Assembly (NCBI GenBank): GCA_951406725.2
Contig: OX597819.1
Location: 67,208,001 to 67,272,000, forward strand
Direction of reading: 5' to 3'
DNA: 64,000 nt
From: Octopus vulgaris
Taxonomy: Eukaryota
The notes below the pieces were generated by a model. The model was not told the DNA's origin. It made no database searches and saw nothing but the letters and a program-made list of their open reading frames with translations. A program made the translations under genes and the position numbers. Positions 1-13,621 of the stretch are shown here, piece by piece (within the stretch, counting starts at the first letter, position 1; each line of letters opens with the position of its first letter).

Positions 1-589
1 CATATCAGATAATAAAGCTAAGAAAGACGAGCAGAAAGCCAAGAACATAAAAGACAAAAAAAAAGAAAAGTAAAAAAAATCTAAAAAAAAAAAAAGAAAA
101 GAAAATCAAGCAAAACAAAATGACCAAAAGGGAAAAGAAAGACGAATGAGAAATATATGAAATCAGATATGATTTAGTCTTCGATACTTGACAAGGAGAA
201 AATTTATATATGCGGAAGATATAGAAGGAAAAAGAGGGGCGAGAAATGAGAAGAAACGTTAAAAGAATTGCTGAAGGAGGAGGTAGTGATGGTGAGAATA
301 AAAGATACGGCTTAAGACGTATGTAAAGAAACGAGAAACAACCACGTGAAGTAACAGCAAATGAGGAGATTTGGGAAACAAACAAATGACGATGGTGATG
401 ATGATCAGAAGAACGCATATAATGGAGGCGTTGATGGAGATGGTAATGATGATAATGAAGTCTATGGTGACAATTATGAACGTAATGCAATTAAGTTTGT
501 GTGTGCGTCTTTATATAAAATATACGTATGTATAATGATATATTTATATATATATATATTATATATATATAATTGTACATATATACATG

Positions 590-1456
590 TAGGAGATCTG
601 ATTAATAAGTATAAGGACTGTTGTCATAGTAACGAAGCTAAAGCATGAAGAGTAAAGCTGCTTGGCACAGGTTGACCTTGAGTGATGCTGTGATGTGTAC
701 TAAGTTTCAATGTTTAGCTCACTTCTGCTTTTTACAGCAATGCTTGGAAGGAAGGTGTGTAGTGTGTGATCGTCGAATTGACTATGATAGAGAAAGTTGT
801 CATGGCGATACCTGCTCAGAAGCCTATGCAAAGTTGCAGAAAGTGTTTGGAGAAGAGTGTATGAGCCACACACAAGTGTACGAGTGGTTCACACGTTTCC
901 AAAGTGGCCGAAGAAATGTCGATATTGACGAACGTTCTGGGAGACCCGCAACCTGCAGAACTGAGAAAAACTTCGCAGGTGCGCCTCCGTGAGTTGTCAG
1001 AGGATGTGCAGATTAGTTACGGTTTAGTTCAGTCCATTATCACCGAAGATTTAAGTATAAGACGTGTGTCTACCAATTTTCTGAGAAAACTGCTTTTTGC
1101 TGACCAAAAACACACTCGGGTTTCAGTTGCACAAGATGTCGTTGATTGTGTCGAGAAGGACGAAAAGTTTTGAAAACTTTGCGTAGACGTGTGAGCTGGT
1201 ATCGCCAAGGTTTTGGCAAAAGTTGATGCAGTTTTGTCTGCTCAGCTTCCTCTGCCATGTTCAATGCGATGATCACACGCTACACACGTTAATTCCAAGC
1301 ACTGCTGTAAGCAGCGGAAGTAAGCTACAACGTAAAAAATTTGGGCGCATGCACAGCTGAGTTCGAGATCAATATGTACCAAGTGGCTTCACTCTCCGTG
1401 CTTTATCTTCGTTACAATAGCAACAGTTCGTTTACTTCTGGACCAGACAACGTGTA
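590..1456 (+). mobile_element. Degenerate mariner (Tc1/mariner) derivative with long inverted arms
   Basis: ORF 645-992 contains a mariner N-terminal HTH segment (EAYAKLQKVFGEECMSHTQVYEWFTRFQSGRRNVDIDERSGRP). ORF 904-1173 continues it (VRLRELSEDVQISYGLVQSIITEDLSIRRVS). About 590-845 matches the reverse complement of about 1170-1456. Both ends lie in TA-rich sequence. Confidence 0.85.
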
Positions 1457-1559
1457 TATATATACATAAATTTCAGTTCTATATTTAAGAGATGAGGGAT
1501 TATGCATATTATTTACATTATTTACATTTGACAGATGTTTGTCCTCATCTTGTTTGTTG

Positions 1560-1604
1560 TTACCACATTTCGGCTGATATACCTTGCAGCATTCATCAGG
1601 TGTC
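1560..1604 (-). ncRNA. Hammerhead motif, degenerate inverted copy
   Basis: Reverse complement reads gacac-CTGATGA-a-tgctg..cagcc-GAAA-tgtggta. Confidence 0.55.
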
Positions 1605-1665
1605 TTGGGGCAATTTCGAACCTGTGTTCTCATTACTAAGGTATTTTTCGATGTTGTTGTTGTTG

Positions 1666-1730
<65 letters not shown>

Positions 1731-1746
1731 GTTGTTGTTGTTGTTG

Positions 1747-1802
<56 letters not shown>

Positions 1803-1868
1803 TATTACTCAGGTTAGTGCATCGAATCGAACAAGCCCCAAGATTCCGAGTTCGATTCCAGACAGTAA

Positions 1869-1974
<106 letters not shown>

Positions 1975-2029
1975 TATAATAATAACATCTAAAAATTAGG
2001 AATGAGATCCCAGGTTCAAAATTTCCCCA

Positions 2030-2075
2030 AACGCCTGATGAACGATGGAGGGTATATCAGCCGAAACGTTGTGTT
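2030..2075 (+). ncRNA. Minimal type I hammerhead ribozyme motif, canonical core
   Basis: aacgc-CTGATGA-a-cgatg..cagcc-GAA-ACGT-T-gtgtt. Stem I is aacgc/gtgtt and stem III is the palindrome ACGT. Stem II is mutated here but intact (ggctg/cagcc) in the 48728 copy. Confidence 0.7.
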
Positions 2076-2251
2076 AAGAACAAACAAGATGAGGACAAAT
2101 ATCTGTCAAATGTAAATAATGTACAAGAAATTTAAACGAAATATGTGTAAACCTTCTAATGATTGCTTGGTTATGATTTAGTATATTTTGTGTTTGGCGT
2201 ACTCCAATTTATAAGCAAAGCTTTACATTGTACATATATTACATTATGGAA

Positions 2252-2630
2252 GAGGCGCAATGGCCCAGTGGTTAGGGCAGCGTACGCGAGGTCATAGGAT
2301 CGTGGTTTCGATTCCCAGAATGGGCGATGTCAGTGTTTATTGAGCGAAAACACCTAAAGCTCCACGAGACACCGGCATTGGGTGGTGGCGAACCATGCTG
2401 TACTCCTTCACCACAACTTTCTCTCACTCTTTCTTCCTGTTTCTGTTGTGCCTGTATTTCAAAGTGCCAGCCTTGTCACACTCTGCGTCACGGTGAATTT
2501 CCCCCGAGAACTACGTTAAGGGCACACGTGTCTATGGAGTGCTCATCCACTTGCACGTTAATTTCACGTGCGGGCTGTTCCGTTGATCGGATCAACTGGA
2601 AGCCTCGTCGTCGTAACTGACAGAGAGCCA
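2252..2630 (+). mobile_element. tRNA-derived SINE, family S1
   Basis: Box A (tggcccagtgg) and box B (gtttcgattccc) are present. It aligns along its length with 46614-46989 and 45791-46168. Confidence 0.85.
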
Positions 2631-4937
2631 CGATTGCATTATGGGTCATTTGATTATATATACAGATGGAATTACTTTAATGTAATTTTACATAGGACTC
2701 TAGCAGCAATTGCAACGAAATCAAGTCACATTCGACGGGTGGTGAGTCGTATGAGGGTGACCGTTGAAACCCAGTGATTTATTGCTGTTGTTACTTTGTT
2801 GTTGTTGCTGTTGTCGTTCTGATCATCTCTGACTAGACAGACACTATGTTCTAATTGGTTGTAGCTGTTTTAACACTGTCTATATTTCCCCGCGGGACAT
2901 CAGATATTTTTATTACATTTTTAAAATGGCCCCTCCATTTTAAATGATTGCGTTGTCTGATTTGAGACATTTGCTTCGTTGCCTCTAGCAAAGCTTCAAG
3001 TTAGCAAAATCGTCACACGCTTCGACTTTACGTTCTGAATTAAAATTCCATCGAAGTCGACTTTACATTTCATCGATGTGATGTCGACAAAGTAAGTAAC
3101 AGATGAACATTAAGAACAATGCAGTCGATTAGCGTGTCTCCCTCGAAAACTTTTAAGGCTTTTGCGCTTAAACTGGCAAATATTTATTGAAGGGCGTTTG
3201 ATAATACAGAGATTTATTCTGCATTTGATGGTTATTTAGAGGTAACTTTCAGCCGCGTCGTTTCAACCAAGAATGACGATGCTTTCATGAATGTTTTGTC
3301 ATCGTTGTATTCTAAATTGTTGACCATTAACATTACATATACCTCAATAGTCAGCAAATATTTTCAAATGTTATGACTGGTCTTTCTTTGTTCTTACGTC
3401 AAGTTTTGTAATGTATTTTATAAAGAGAGATTAATATATTTTCTATGATTAATATCCTATTCCATTTTTACTCTATTCTCTGTAAGATACGCCTAATGTC
3501 AATTAATTTGCCTACTCAGTTAGCTTTGATTTATGTTGTGTGATATTGTTTGTTGATTCTTGACGTTGTAAATATTGTGTTTATTGCGTTGAATTTATTT
3601 TGGTGTGGTATAGTAACTTATTTGTATATTATTGACTAGCGTTTAGAAAGTTATCTGATTATCTTTCATGTATGAAACACTTAATGTAATGAAACAAATT
3701 TAGTTAATAATAGATATACAAATAGTTTGGTATAGGAAACTAGAAAATAGAGAAACTAATGCATACACAGATACACAGAGGGGAGCATAAACACACGTAC
3801 ATACACGTACGCATATACTTAGATGCATAATAGTCAATAAAAATCGCATTCAACGGAAATTATATTACATGATCGAAATAATTAACTTCAACACAATGAA
3901 CACGTAATCAAAAATACTAATGAAACAATATCGAATCATAAGCTAGCATTAATAAAGTATTGCAAGAGCGCAGAAATTAGAAATGCTATCGAGAATAATC
4001 ACAAGGCTTTAACATACTGAATAACTTTCTGGTAAATAATGAATGTTTTCTAATGCAAAGAAAATGTTTTTGGAAGCGGTATACACTTGCAAGTGTCAGC
4101 CATGTGTCATTACAATACATTAAAGCACATAAAACAAGCGGTCATGCGATCTGCAATAAATTGTGACTAAACAGCCCTCAGACTGTTGAATACTGTCTTT
4201 AAAACGGAGATATTTTTGGTACAGTGCTATGCTGAAATGATTTTATTCAGTGACAATGTTATGAGTTACTCCAAGAAACTGGAATTTGACTTAACAGTTT
4301 GAGTGTTGTGTTCGCGACGTCAAGCGTGGTTTCGATTCCCGGACCAGGATGCACGTTGTGTTCTTAAGCAAAACACTTTCTTTCATGTTGCTTCAGTCCA
4401 TTCAGCAGTATATAAATAAACCTGAGAAGGACTGGCATCCCGTCCAAGAACGATGTTGCGATCTCGGTCACTCATATACCATAGAATCTGTGTGACCGTC
4501 TTTATAAGTTCCAGGCCAAGCGACAGTATTTACTGCGCCTTAATAACCGAATAACTTTGCGGCCTTTTGTGTCTTTAGTAGTTGATGCAATATATATTGT
4601 ATAGCATTCATAAATGCAATAATCTGCATTATGGATAGGAATCAATAGTCTTTTAGAAGGATCAAATTCTCAAATTCTTGGCAGTGTTCAGCATTTAAAT
4701 ACAGTCGATAATTTTGTATATGGCTTAGTCTTATTATTACAACCTGTATACCATTGTTAACGCTGATTTTCTGTAGGAGGCATGGAATCTGTGGTATTTC
4801 CCTCGCGGGCGAATCTCATATAGACGTATAGTGTTTAAAAGGATGGTAATGCATCATATCATAAGAAAAGTCTCTGGCAGTAGAGGTGAAAATGCTAAAT
4901 ATGTATTTCTGTTTCTTTGGGTGTCATACTCAGCAGT

Positions 4938-5245
4938 GAAGGCGCATGGCTCAGTGGTTAGAGCGTAGAGGTTACGATCGTGAGGTTGTGAATTCGATTC
5001 CGGGACTGGGCTGTGTGTTGTGTTCTTGAGCAAGACACTTTATTTCACGTTGCTCCAGTTAACTCAGCTGTAGAAATGAGTTGCGACTTCACTGGTGCCA
5101 AACTATATCGGACACTTTGCCTTTCCCTTAGATAACATCAGGGGTGTGGAGAGAGGAGGCTGGTATGCATGGGCGACTGCTAGCCTTCCACAAACAATCT
5201 TGCCCTGAAATGTGCCCGGAGGTTATCTTTCTAGGTGCATTCATG
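4938..5245 (+). mobile_element. tRNA-derived SINE, family S2
   Basis: Head gaaggcgcatggctcagtggttagagcg, box B aattcgattcc, and a CORE-like segment cttgagcaagacactt. Related pieces lie near 4300, 14627, 28156-28629 and 29830. Confidence 0.75.
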
Positions 5246-5730
5246 GCCGAAATGGGGTCTCCTCTATCCTCAGCACAACTGTCAGCTGGCAGATTCGCTG
5301 ATATGCCTGACGAAATGCTCAGCAGAATTTTTTCTGGGTTTAATCTCTCAGATCAACTGCCACCAAGGTTGATTTTGGTTTCAATCCTGTCGATCGACAA
5401 ATAATAATTAATTTATTATTTGTGTCTATGTAATCAACATACCCCTCTCTTCAAAATTCCTAGCTTTCGGTCAAAAATTAGGAAACATTTTCTTTATGAG
5501 ACTTGACACAGAGTATATGTCTATGCAACATTTATATGGAGTTTCAATCTGCAAAATATACTCACGATGTATTTGTTGGTACCGGTCTATAATAAATGAT
5601 ACATGCCCCAGTTGCTGTGCAGTGGGATTGAACTAGAAATCATGGGGCTCTTAAACAATCTTCTTATCACGGAGCCATGCATGCGGTTTATGTATAGATA
5701 TATACATACATACATACATACATACATACA

Positions 5731-5790
<60 letters not shown>

Positions 5791-5879
5791 TACACACATA
5801 CACATATACATGCATATATACACATATACATACATGCATAAATATATACACACGTACGTACATACATACATACTACGCT

Positions 5880-6850
5880 AACTTCGATCATCAAAGCAGT
5901 TTATCATGGACAAATAGCCGGATTACTACCTCCCACTTTGAAGGGTATGCGTTTGTAACGCAGGAACAAGAAATATCAACGAAGTACTTGATGCACGAAG
6001 GAAATAAAGATGAAAGAAAAGCAGTAAAAGGTGACAAAAAAATGCAGACTTTGTGGCGTTAACACCGAAGTTATCACCCACAACATTAGCAGTTGTCTGA
6101 AAATGTCATCACGGTATTATCTATGGATGGGACATGATATTGAAGCCAAAACACTCTATGATGAAATCCGTCGGAAGGATAACCCCGAGGACAAAGAAAT
6201 AAAATCCCAGAGTATGGTAGAAGTCATAGTCACTGGTAATAAAAAAGGACTACTGATGGAATGTCCAAGGGAAATCCCCAATAAATTTAAGCACAGCAAA
6301 CTTGATATAATGATTTGGGATAGAGAAGCGAAACTGTTCACAGTTGTGGAAATTAGCTGTTCAGTGGATGCTAGCATAAAGCTAAGATTAGTGAAAAAGA
6401 GAATACCTGCGCTGAATATTAAGAAATCCGCAATTACTCTATTCAGATTACAAGTTCAGGTTTATTATACCTGCAATTATTGGGGCCCTGGGATCTGTGA
6501 CACACGGCCTAAACATGAATCTTGAGAAATTAAGCTTCTCAAAACTTGAAGAGAAAGGTAATTCGAAGACTACAATCCCAAGCCATGACTGGGACGGTAA
6601 AAATCTGTAACATTTTCTAGAAGTTTATCATTTAAATATATACGAGTATGTCTTGATACGCAACTATATCCATAAGAATACATACATCAAGTAAAACATA
6701 CAAATCTGCAAATATACATACACACATACATTTAAACAAAAATACTCTGTTGTTGATGTTGCAATTCCAATAGCGCCTTGAATCTAGGTTAGAAACCGAT
6801 TCTTTCTCTATTGGTAAGGAATTTTGAAATAAAACTTAATAATGACATAC
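5880..6850 (+). mobile_element. 3' remnant of an RLE-type non-LTR retrotransposon (R4/Dong-like), frameshifted
   Basis: Translated pieces include FEGYAFVTQEQEISTKY, a CCHC knuckle (CRLCGVNTEVITHNISSC), GHD, KLDIMIWD..VVEISC (restriction-like nuclease), PAIIGALG and LQSQAMTGTVKI. Flanked by (TACA)n-like sequence. Confidence 0.8.
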
Positions 6851-7659
6851 ATGTATGCATAAAGATAGCGCTGTCAACATCAGACGTGCAGGCGTAGACG
6901 ACCGTTTAAAATTTCTTGTTGAAATTTCTTGTTTTACATTTATGTCGACTCCAGCAGCGTAAAGCTTTACTTCGCCGATTATAAATAAGAGAAACGCCTT
7001 TTACCTATCAACGATGCATTACTCAGACTATAATTTTCAGAAAATGTTTACTTTATGCTCTGTGGATTTTCGCTGACACGATCATGGTTGAAATCAACAA
7101 GAACACCAACGATGAAATTAGCATGTATACATGTCATTCAAATGTGCTTATATATTTATATATCCGTATCATTTACTTTCCAGTCACACAGAGTCGTGAA
7201 GACTATTTAAGTTAATGATGACAGACGCTTCACTGCCGAAATGTTGCAGAATGTTTAACTAGAAGCATGCAAGGCTATAATTGTCGCCGCGTCTAAGCTA
7301 ACTGCTCGTGTAAAGATTCATTTGGTTAAACAACTAAAAGCTCATCATCGAAGCAGGCAGCTTGGAATCCACCATCACTACTTATCATGACATGCACTAC
7401 TAGCTAAACGAACACCAACGACAACGTCAACTGCACCGTCACCATTAAAATTTTAACACTTAATGAGAGCATCACAAACCTTGTCAACGTGATCATTAAT
7501 CAAGTATAAAGTGTACTGCATTCAAAGTCTTGTCTCATACCATTCAACGGGATTTTATAGTGCACGAGACCTCGACACGTAAAAACAGCTGCAATAACAG
7601 CCAGAATCATTTCATCGTATAGTAATATAAAACTAACTTCACAACAACCTTAGCTCTTA

Positions 7660-8070
7660 ATATCTTTTCTAATATAGACACAACGCCTGGAATTTTGTGG
7701 AAGGCGTCTAGTCGGTTGCATCAACATCACTGCTCAAAAGGTTCGAGCTGGCAGGAACGTTAGCACGCTGGGCGAAATGCTTGGCGGTATTTCGTCTCTC
7801 TTTACGTTCTGAGTTCAACTTCCGCCGAGGTCGACTTCGCATTTCATCTTTTCGGGGTCGATAAATTAAGTACCAGTTGCGTACTCGGGTCGATCTAATC
7901 GACTGGTCCCTCCCCCAAACGTTTCGGGCATTGGCTTCGAAAATAGCATCACTGTAGTAAACAATATCACTGCTCAAGTGGTACTTAATTTATCGATCCC
8001 GAAACATGGGATGCACATCGTCCTCGGCGAAATTTAAACTCAGATATGAAAGACGAAGAAAATACTCATA
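7660..8070. mobile_element. SINE family S4 cluster (tRNA-like head plus a Meta-domain-like core)
   Basis: Plus copy at about 7740-7940 contains the core tttcatcttttcggggtcgataaattaagtacc. It is nested within a minus-strand copy. Confidence 0.75.
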
Positions 8071-8254
8071 AAGCCTAAATCTAAAAGCAGCAGAAACCTT
8101 AAAGAAAGAGCTCGATTTTCAACCGCATGGTTTAAGGATCAGTCCCACTGTGTAGCACCTTGGAAATTACCTTCGACTTTAGCCCATGCTGATCAATGCG
8201 CTGGCAGTGAATTTGGTACACGAACTCTGTGCGGAAGCCCATCCAATGTATGAT

Positions 8255-8440
8255 AGATCGTTAGCCACTAAACCTTTTTCTGTTTTCTGTCTGTTTATTT
8301 CTGTGTTCCTTTATGTTTAAGAGCGTAAGCTCGAAACGTAAGAGACTTTCTCACTTCCCGAGCTTTAAACTAATACATTTGTTTGTTGTTTATATGCCCA
8401 TCGTCACCTTTTGTTTTTTGTAAATTCTCACTATATATTC
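8255..8440 (+). mobile_element. Solo 3' terminus related to the 36-40 kb Neptune PLE
   Basis: gagcgtaagctcgaaacgtaagagac and the downstream ttcccgagc..taatac..tttgtttgtt align to 35890-36025. Confidence 0.7.
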
Positions 8441-8489
8441 GCCTTTTTTTCTTTTGTAACTTGCCACTATATATATGTATATGTATATG

Positions 8490-8525
<36 letters not shown>

Positions 8526-8708
8526 AAATTTATAAGTTTAAATTATTAATTAAAATAATTTTTTAAAATTTTAACTTTAATTTAAATATTTTAATGGGAT
8601 TTTTATATTTTATATTTTATATTTTTTAATTAGTTTTATTTCTATGTATTGGCTTATGATTTTCACTGTTTGATTTGCCTAATAGTGGTTTTATCTCTAA
8701 TTTAATAT

Positions 8709-8823
<115 letters not shown>

Positions 8824-8829
8824 ATATAT

Positions 8830-9300
8830 GAACTGAAAATGGAGATATATATAACAATTGGCAATTCAATAATTAAAATTTAATATTTATTAGCATAATA
8901 GTGTTTTTTATTATATTCTTATAACAAAATGATACAATATAAATATTAAATAGTAAATATAGTAATAAATATTAAATATAAGACACATACAAATGTTCCA
9001 ATTCTTGGTCATAATAGAATTATAAAAGTTCATTGTTTGTTGGCCAAGAATCTCCTCTTGTATATGTTAGGATTCACATAACCAATAAGACGGAATTTGA
9101 GTCTGTTTGTTTACAATGAATCTTTATAATTTTATTATGGCCAAGCTTTGAAACATTTGTACGTGAGTTATATTTAACATTTATTACTTATATTACATTA
9201 CATTATATTATTATAAGAATATAATATAATATTATGCTAATAAATTTTAAATTTTCATTCTTGAATTGCCAATTGTTATATATATCGTCAATTTTAATTC
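8830..9300. repeat. Imperfect inverted repeat with about 200 bp arms
   Basis: 8830-9035 is the reverse complement of 9112-9300, for example taacaattggcaattcaa versus ttgaattgccaattgtta. Confidence 0.8.
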
Positions 9301-9441
9301 ATTTTCATAATTCAATATATACCCATGTGATTTGTATAGTTTTTTTCTCTGCAAAGTCGGGCACTTAACTGTGCCAGTGAATGAGTGGATGTTTTCATAT
9401 CCATTTTTCTTGTATTTTATATATATTTATGATATGTAATT

Positions 9442-10025
9442 AAGATTCAAAATAAGTAACAGGATGTCAAGTAGTAATGAAGTACGACCGTTTCAAGCGC
9501 CTCCATTTAATTGAACAATGTAATCATTACAGCAGTTGTAATACAGCACTATCATCAACTGCACGAAATATGGATTTTCAACAGACAAGATATATTAATA
9601 TATATATTTTTTTAATATTTCAGCAGAGCAAGAGGTTGGAGGAATTTCAAGTTGACACTATTGCAGCAAGTATATCTAAGACAAGAAGAAACTACAATTT
9701 TTAGAGTAGCATGGAACACAGTGGGGGTCTTAGTGTTGTAATTCATTTCCAATTTATCTATCTCCTTATCATCAAGAAAATATCAAAGACTAGAATACTG
9801 CGAGTATTTACAATGAAGAGCAAAATGAGTTCATAGCACATAGCTGGCTGTTAGTCATACATTTATGTCAACAGCCAGCAATGAGCTGTCAAATCTATAT
9901 TTCATGCAGCTAAAGGTAGCGGTGTATCTAAATTGATGTAATGAATGCGTTGTTCAATTAAATGCAGGCGCTTGGAACGGTTCTACTGCATTACTACTTG
10001 AAATCCTGGTGTTTATTTTGATTTT
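9442..10025. repeat. Imperfect inverted repeat with about 140 bp arms carrying a degenerate hammerhead layout
   Basis: 9442-9584 is the reverse complement of 9887-10025, for example caagcgcctccatttaattgaacaa versus ttgttcaattaaatgcaggcgcttg. Confidence 0.8.
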
Positions 10026-10282
10026 ATATATATATATATCCTTTTATTTCTTTCAGTTATTTAACTGCAGCCATATTGAAGCACCGCTTTTAGTCGAAAA
10101 CATTGACCCCAGGACTTATTCTTTGTAAGCCTAGTACTTACTCTATCTACCTTCTGCCGAACCGCTAGGTTACGGGGACGTAAACACACCAACATCGGTT
10201 GTCAAGGCGCTACGTACTGTGACTGAACAAGAAACCATGTGTTTAGGAAGCAAGTTTCTCACCAAAGAGCCACGACTGTATA

Positions 10283-10354
<72 letters not shown>

Positions 10355-11379
10355 GATATATATATATATATATATATATACATTCCTACATACATACATA
10401 CATACACACATATATGTGTGTGTGAGTATTTGTCTGTGTGTCACTATATCTTTGTGTATGCCTACTAGTCCAGCTTGTTAACCGGGTTTCCTTTGATGTG
10501 GTCCCGTACTTTAGCAGTTCAACAAGAGAAAAGTGATACCAGAACAGGACGGAGCTCCAGCGCATGACCGAAGTGAAATAAGTGAAACAAATAAAGGATA
10601 AATGATGTTTGGTATTTTCAAAGGTTTGGCGATGCAGTGTAATAACTGATCCTAGCAAGGCCTTAATACATTACGTTTAGGAAAGTGAAGAAATATGGAA
10701 ACCTGGTTGAGAATTCTAATTCAGGTGGGATGGAATTCAGATTATAAATATATTCAAACTTTGGAAACGATTAATCATTTTTCGGAAATATTTTGTGCTG
10801 CAGGAGTTACGACTCAAGATTAAACAATAAATATTGGAATCTGTACAATGGAGGTGTCACTCACGGCTTGTCCACAAATAATTAAGAGACAGATTTCTAT
10901 CGTATTGTCATGATAGACCCATTGTTATACGTGTTGGAAACATATTTATGTTTTAATAAGTAAATATCATAAGAATCTCAAACGCATGCAGCAATATCAA
11001 AGTCCCTCGTTCAACAAAAGCCAAAGTCAACCGTATGAAGTTGGCCATCGACAACGTGATGAAAATAGAAGTGCTCCAGCATTGCCACAACTTTTAGACT
11101 GGAACATTTAAATGAATAAATGTAATTGGATCCAAAATTGGAATAACCGAGAATTGTATATTATCACCATTTCAGTAATTTTATTCCTTAAAGATTAAAA
11201 GAAGGAGAATAAATATTTGAAAAGGAATTTACTATACAACATCGGCCATTCAGGATGTGCTGTAATTCCAGTAACAGGGATTCCTTGACATATCAAATTG
11301 ATGCATATCTCTCATACTCATTATCCAGAAGGGATTTGAATTCGTGACATCAAATTGTAGAAGAAACTAAAATGTTGGT

Positions 11380-12290
11380 ATCAAAGTTTGGCAAAAGACC
11401 AACAATTTCGAAGGAGGGTATAAATCAATTACATCAACTGCTATACTTGATTGGTATTAATCATACCGACCTGGAAAAGAGAAATGCAAAGTCGACATAA
11501 GCTAAATTTGAGACTAGAACACAAATATTGACGTAATGTTGCTATGCACTTCTTTCTGGCGTACAAACTCCCTCTGCAGCTGTCGCAAACAAAAGGCCAA
11601 CATATTACAATATATAATGCATTTAGTTTATTTTAAAGCTTGTGACCAGCTTTTGTTGACAAAGATCCAATTTGGGGGAAAGGAGCCAGTCGATTAGATC
11701 GACCCAAGTACGCAACTGGTACTTAATTTATCAACACAGAAAGAATGAAAAGCAAAGTCGACCTCGGTGGAATTTGAACTAAGAATGTAAAGACAGACGA
11801 AATATCTATTCTTTTTACTGCCCACAAGGGGCTAAACACAGAAGGGACAAACACGGAGAGACAAACGGATTAAGTCGATTATATCGACCCCAGTGCGTAA
11901 CTGGTACTTAATTTATCAACCCAGAAAGGATGAAAGACAAAGTCGACCTCGGCAGAATTTGAACTCAGAACGTAACGGCAGACGAAATACGGCTACGCAT
12001 TTCGCCCGGCGTGCTAACGTTTCTACAAGCTCCCCGCCTTAACAAAGATTCAATATTAACACTGGCTTAGACGGCAAGCCGGCAGAATGGTTAGCACGCC
12101 GGCCAAAATTTTTAGCGACATATAATCTGTCCTTACGTTCTGAGTTCAAATTCCGCCGAGGTCAAATTTGCGTCTCATAATTTAGGAGTCGATAAAATAA
12201 GTACCAATTAAGCACTGAGATCGATGTAATCCCCACCTCACCGGAAATTGCTGGCCGTGTGCAAAATTTGAAACTAATATTAGCAAAGGC
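11380..12290. mobile_element. SINE family S4 cluster including an S4 dimer
   Basis: The segment ctggtacttaatttatc..aaagtcgacctcggc..gaatttgaactcagaacg recurs on the minus strand (11670-12040). A plus copy lies at 12070-12280. Confidence 0.85.
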
Positions 12291-12520
12291 TATAAATTTA
12301 GTGATATGATATTGATCTCTTTATATTTCTACCTTCACATTTAAGGGGATTCCGATGGGTGATAATTGTCATGTATTATTGGTTTTCTATTTATCTTTAT
12401 GCGAGTTGAACCTCCTTCAGTGTTTATACCAAAGGAAAAATAGATCTTTTTATCAAACAACGCAGTGGATGCTGCAGTTATATCGCTGGTATGTTTATTA
12501 CTAACTATATATCTGTTTGT

Positions 12521-12805
12521 GGAGGCACATGGCCTAGTGGTTAGAGCAGCGGAATCGCGGGTTCGAATCTCAGACCGGGCGATGTGTATGTTTATGAGTA
12601 AAACACCTAAGCTCAACGCGGTTCCGGCAGAAGGTAATGGCGAACTTTTGCTGACTCTTTCGCCACAAATTTCTCTCACATTTTCCTCCTACATCTTGCA
12701 GCTCACCTGCAACGGACCGGCATCCCATCCAGGTGGGGAATCTATATGCCAAGAAAACCGGGAAACCGGCCCTTATGAGCCGGGCATGGCTCGAGAAGGA
12801 ACAAA
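12521..12805 (+). mobile_element. tRNA-derived SINE, S1-like head with a different tail
   Basis: ggaggcacatggcctagtggttagagcagcgg..ggttcgaatctc. Shares the aaaacacctaa(a)gctc body with S1, then diverges. Confidence 0.75.
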
Positions 12806-12944
12806 CATATATCTGTTTACTGCTTTTCTAGCACCCACGTTCATCTAGACTTGAGTGATGTTCATATTTTGAAATTTTCTGTAAATGATCCTAAATATTG
12901 ACTCTTTAAAGATTGTTTAACCTAATGTTTAACTATCGCATCTG

Positions 12945-13130
12945 TAGCTGAAATTTATTAACAAAAGACAAAGGCAGGTATATGATCAACAAGAAAGTGT
13001 ATTAGTTTGACGTTCTGGAAAAGGAAAAAGCCGTTTACCTTTCGAGCCTAGACTCTTCAACAAAACCGAATAAGAGCAAATAAATTGAGAGAGAATGAAA
13101 AAAACATGAAAATTTTAGCGCTCCATCTCT
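12945..13130 (-). mobile_element. Solo 3' terminus related to the Neptune PLE
   Basis: Reverse complement contains ttgttgaagagtctaggctcgaaa, matching ctgttgaagagcgtaggctcgaaa at 35892. Confidence 0.6.
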
Positions 13131-13621
13131 AGACGTATGTAGAACCAATAACGCGTTTTCTGATTTTCGAGCAGCATCTTATACACAAACGGTTAGTACA
13201 ACATGTATAGAAACGAGCTTAATTATATGCATTATATTACACATCATATGACATAATGTATGCTTATGAACGTAATTGAGAATATGGATTTCGATTACTT
13301 TGATTAACTAATACTAAACCGAATGATTTGTGCTTAGAATACGTCATATATTGCATGATGCATACTATATGCTCCTTATTGGACGTTAATATAATCGAAA
13401 TAATCCAGTTTATCTTTATGTATCCCATTCGCTTCGTACAGCACAACGGCAAAAGTATAGACATCAGCGCAGATATGAGCAGTGCTTACTCGTCAAACCA
13501 AGCTAAGATTAAAACCCCTATGCAAGAAAATCTGGTTTTATTTCTCTGGTGTCTCTCATTTTCTTAATGATTAAGGAGTTAGAGATTCTTGAAAAAGAAA
13601 CACACATAGACATAGACACAT

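Noticed and set aside
5-490. Minus-strand 161 aa His/Phe-rich ORF
   Set aside because: It reflects a purine-rich and (GAT)n low-complexity tract with no protein motif.
2252-2330. SINE heads as functional tRNA genes (also 46614 and 48605)
   Set aside because: Acceptor and anticodon stems are broken, and each head runs into a repeat body with no T-run terminator.
6760-6820. Possible hammerhead in the 3' UTR of the RLE-type LINE (gaaaccgattc)
   Set aside because: There is no CUGANGA-like core. A simple ccaatag/ctattgg stem-loop explains it better.
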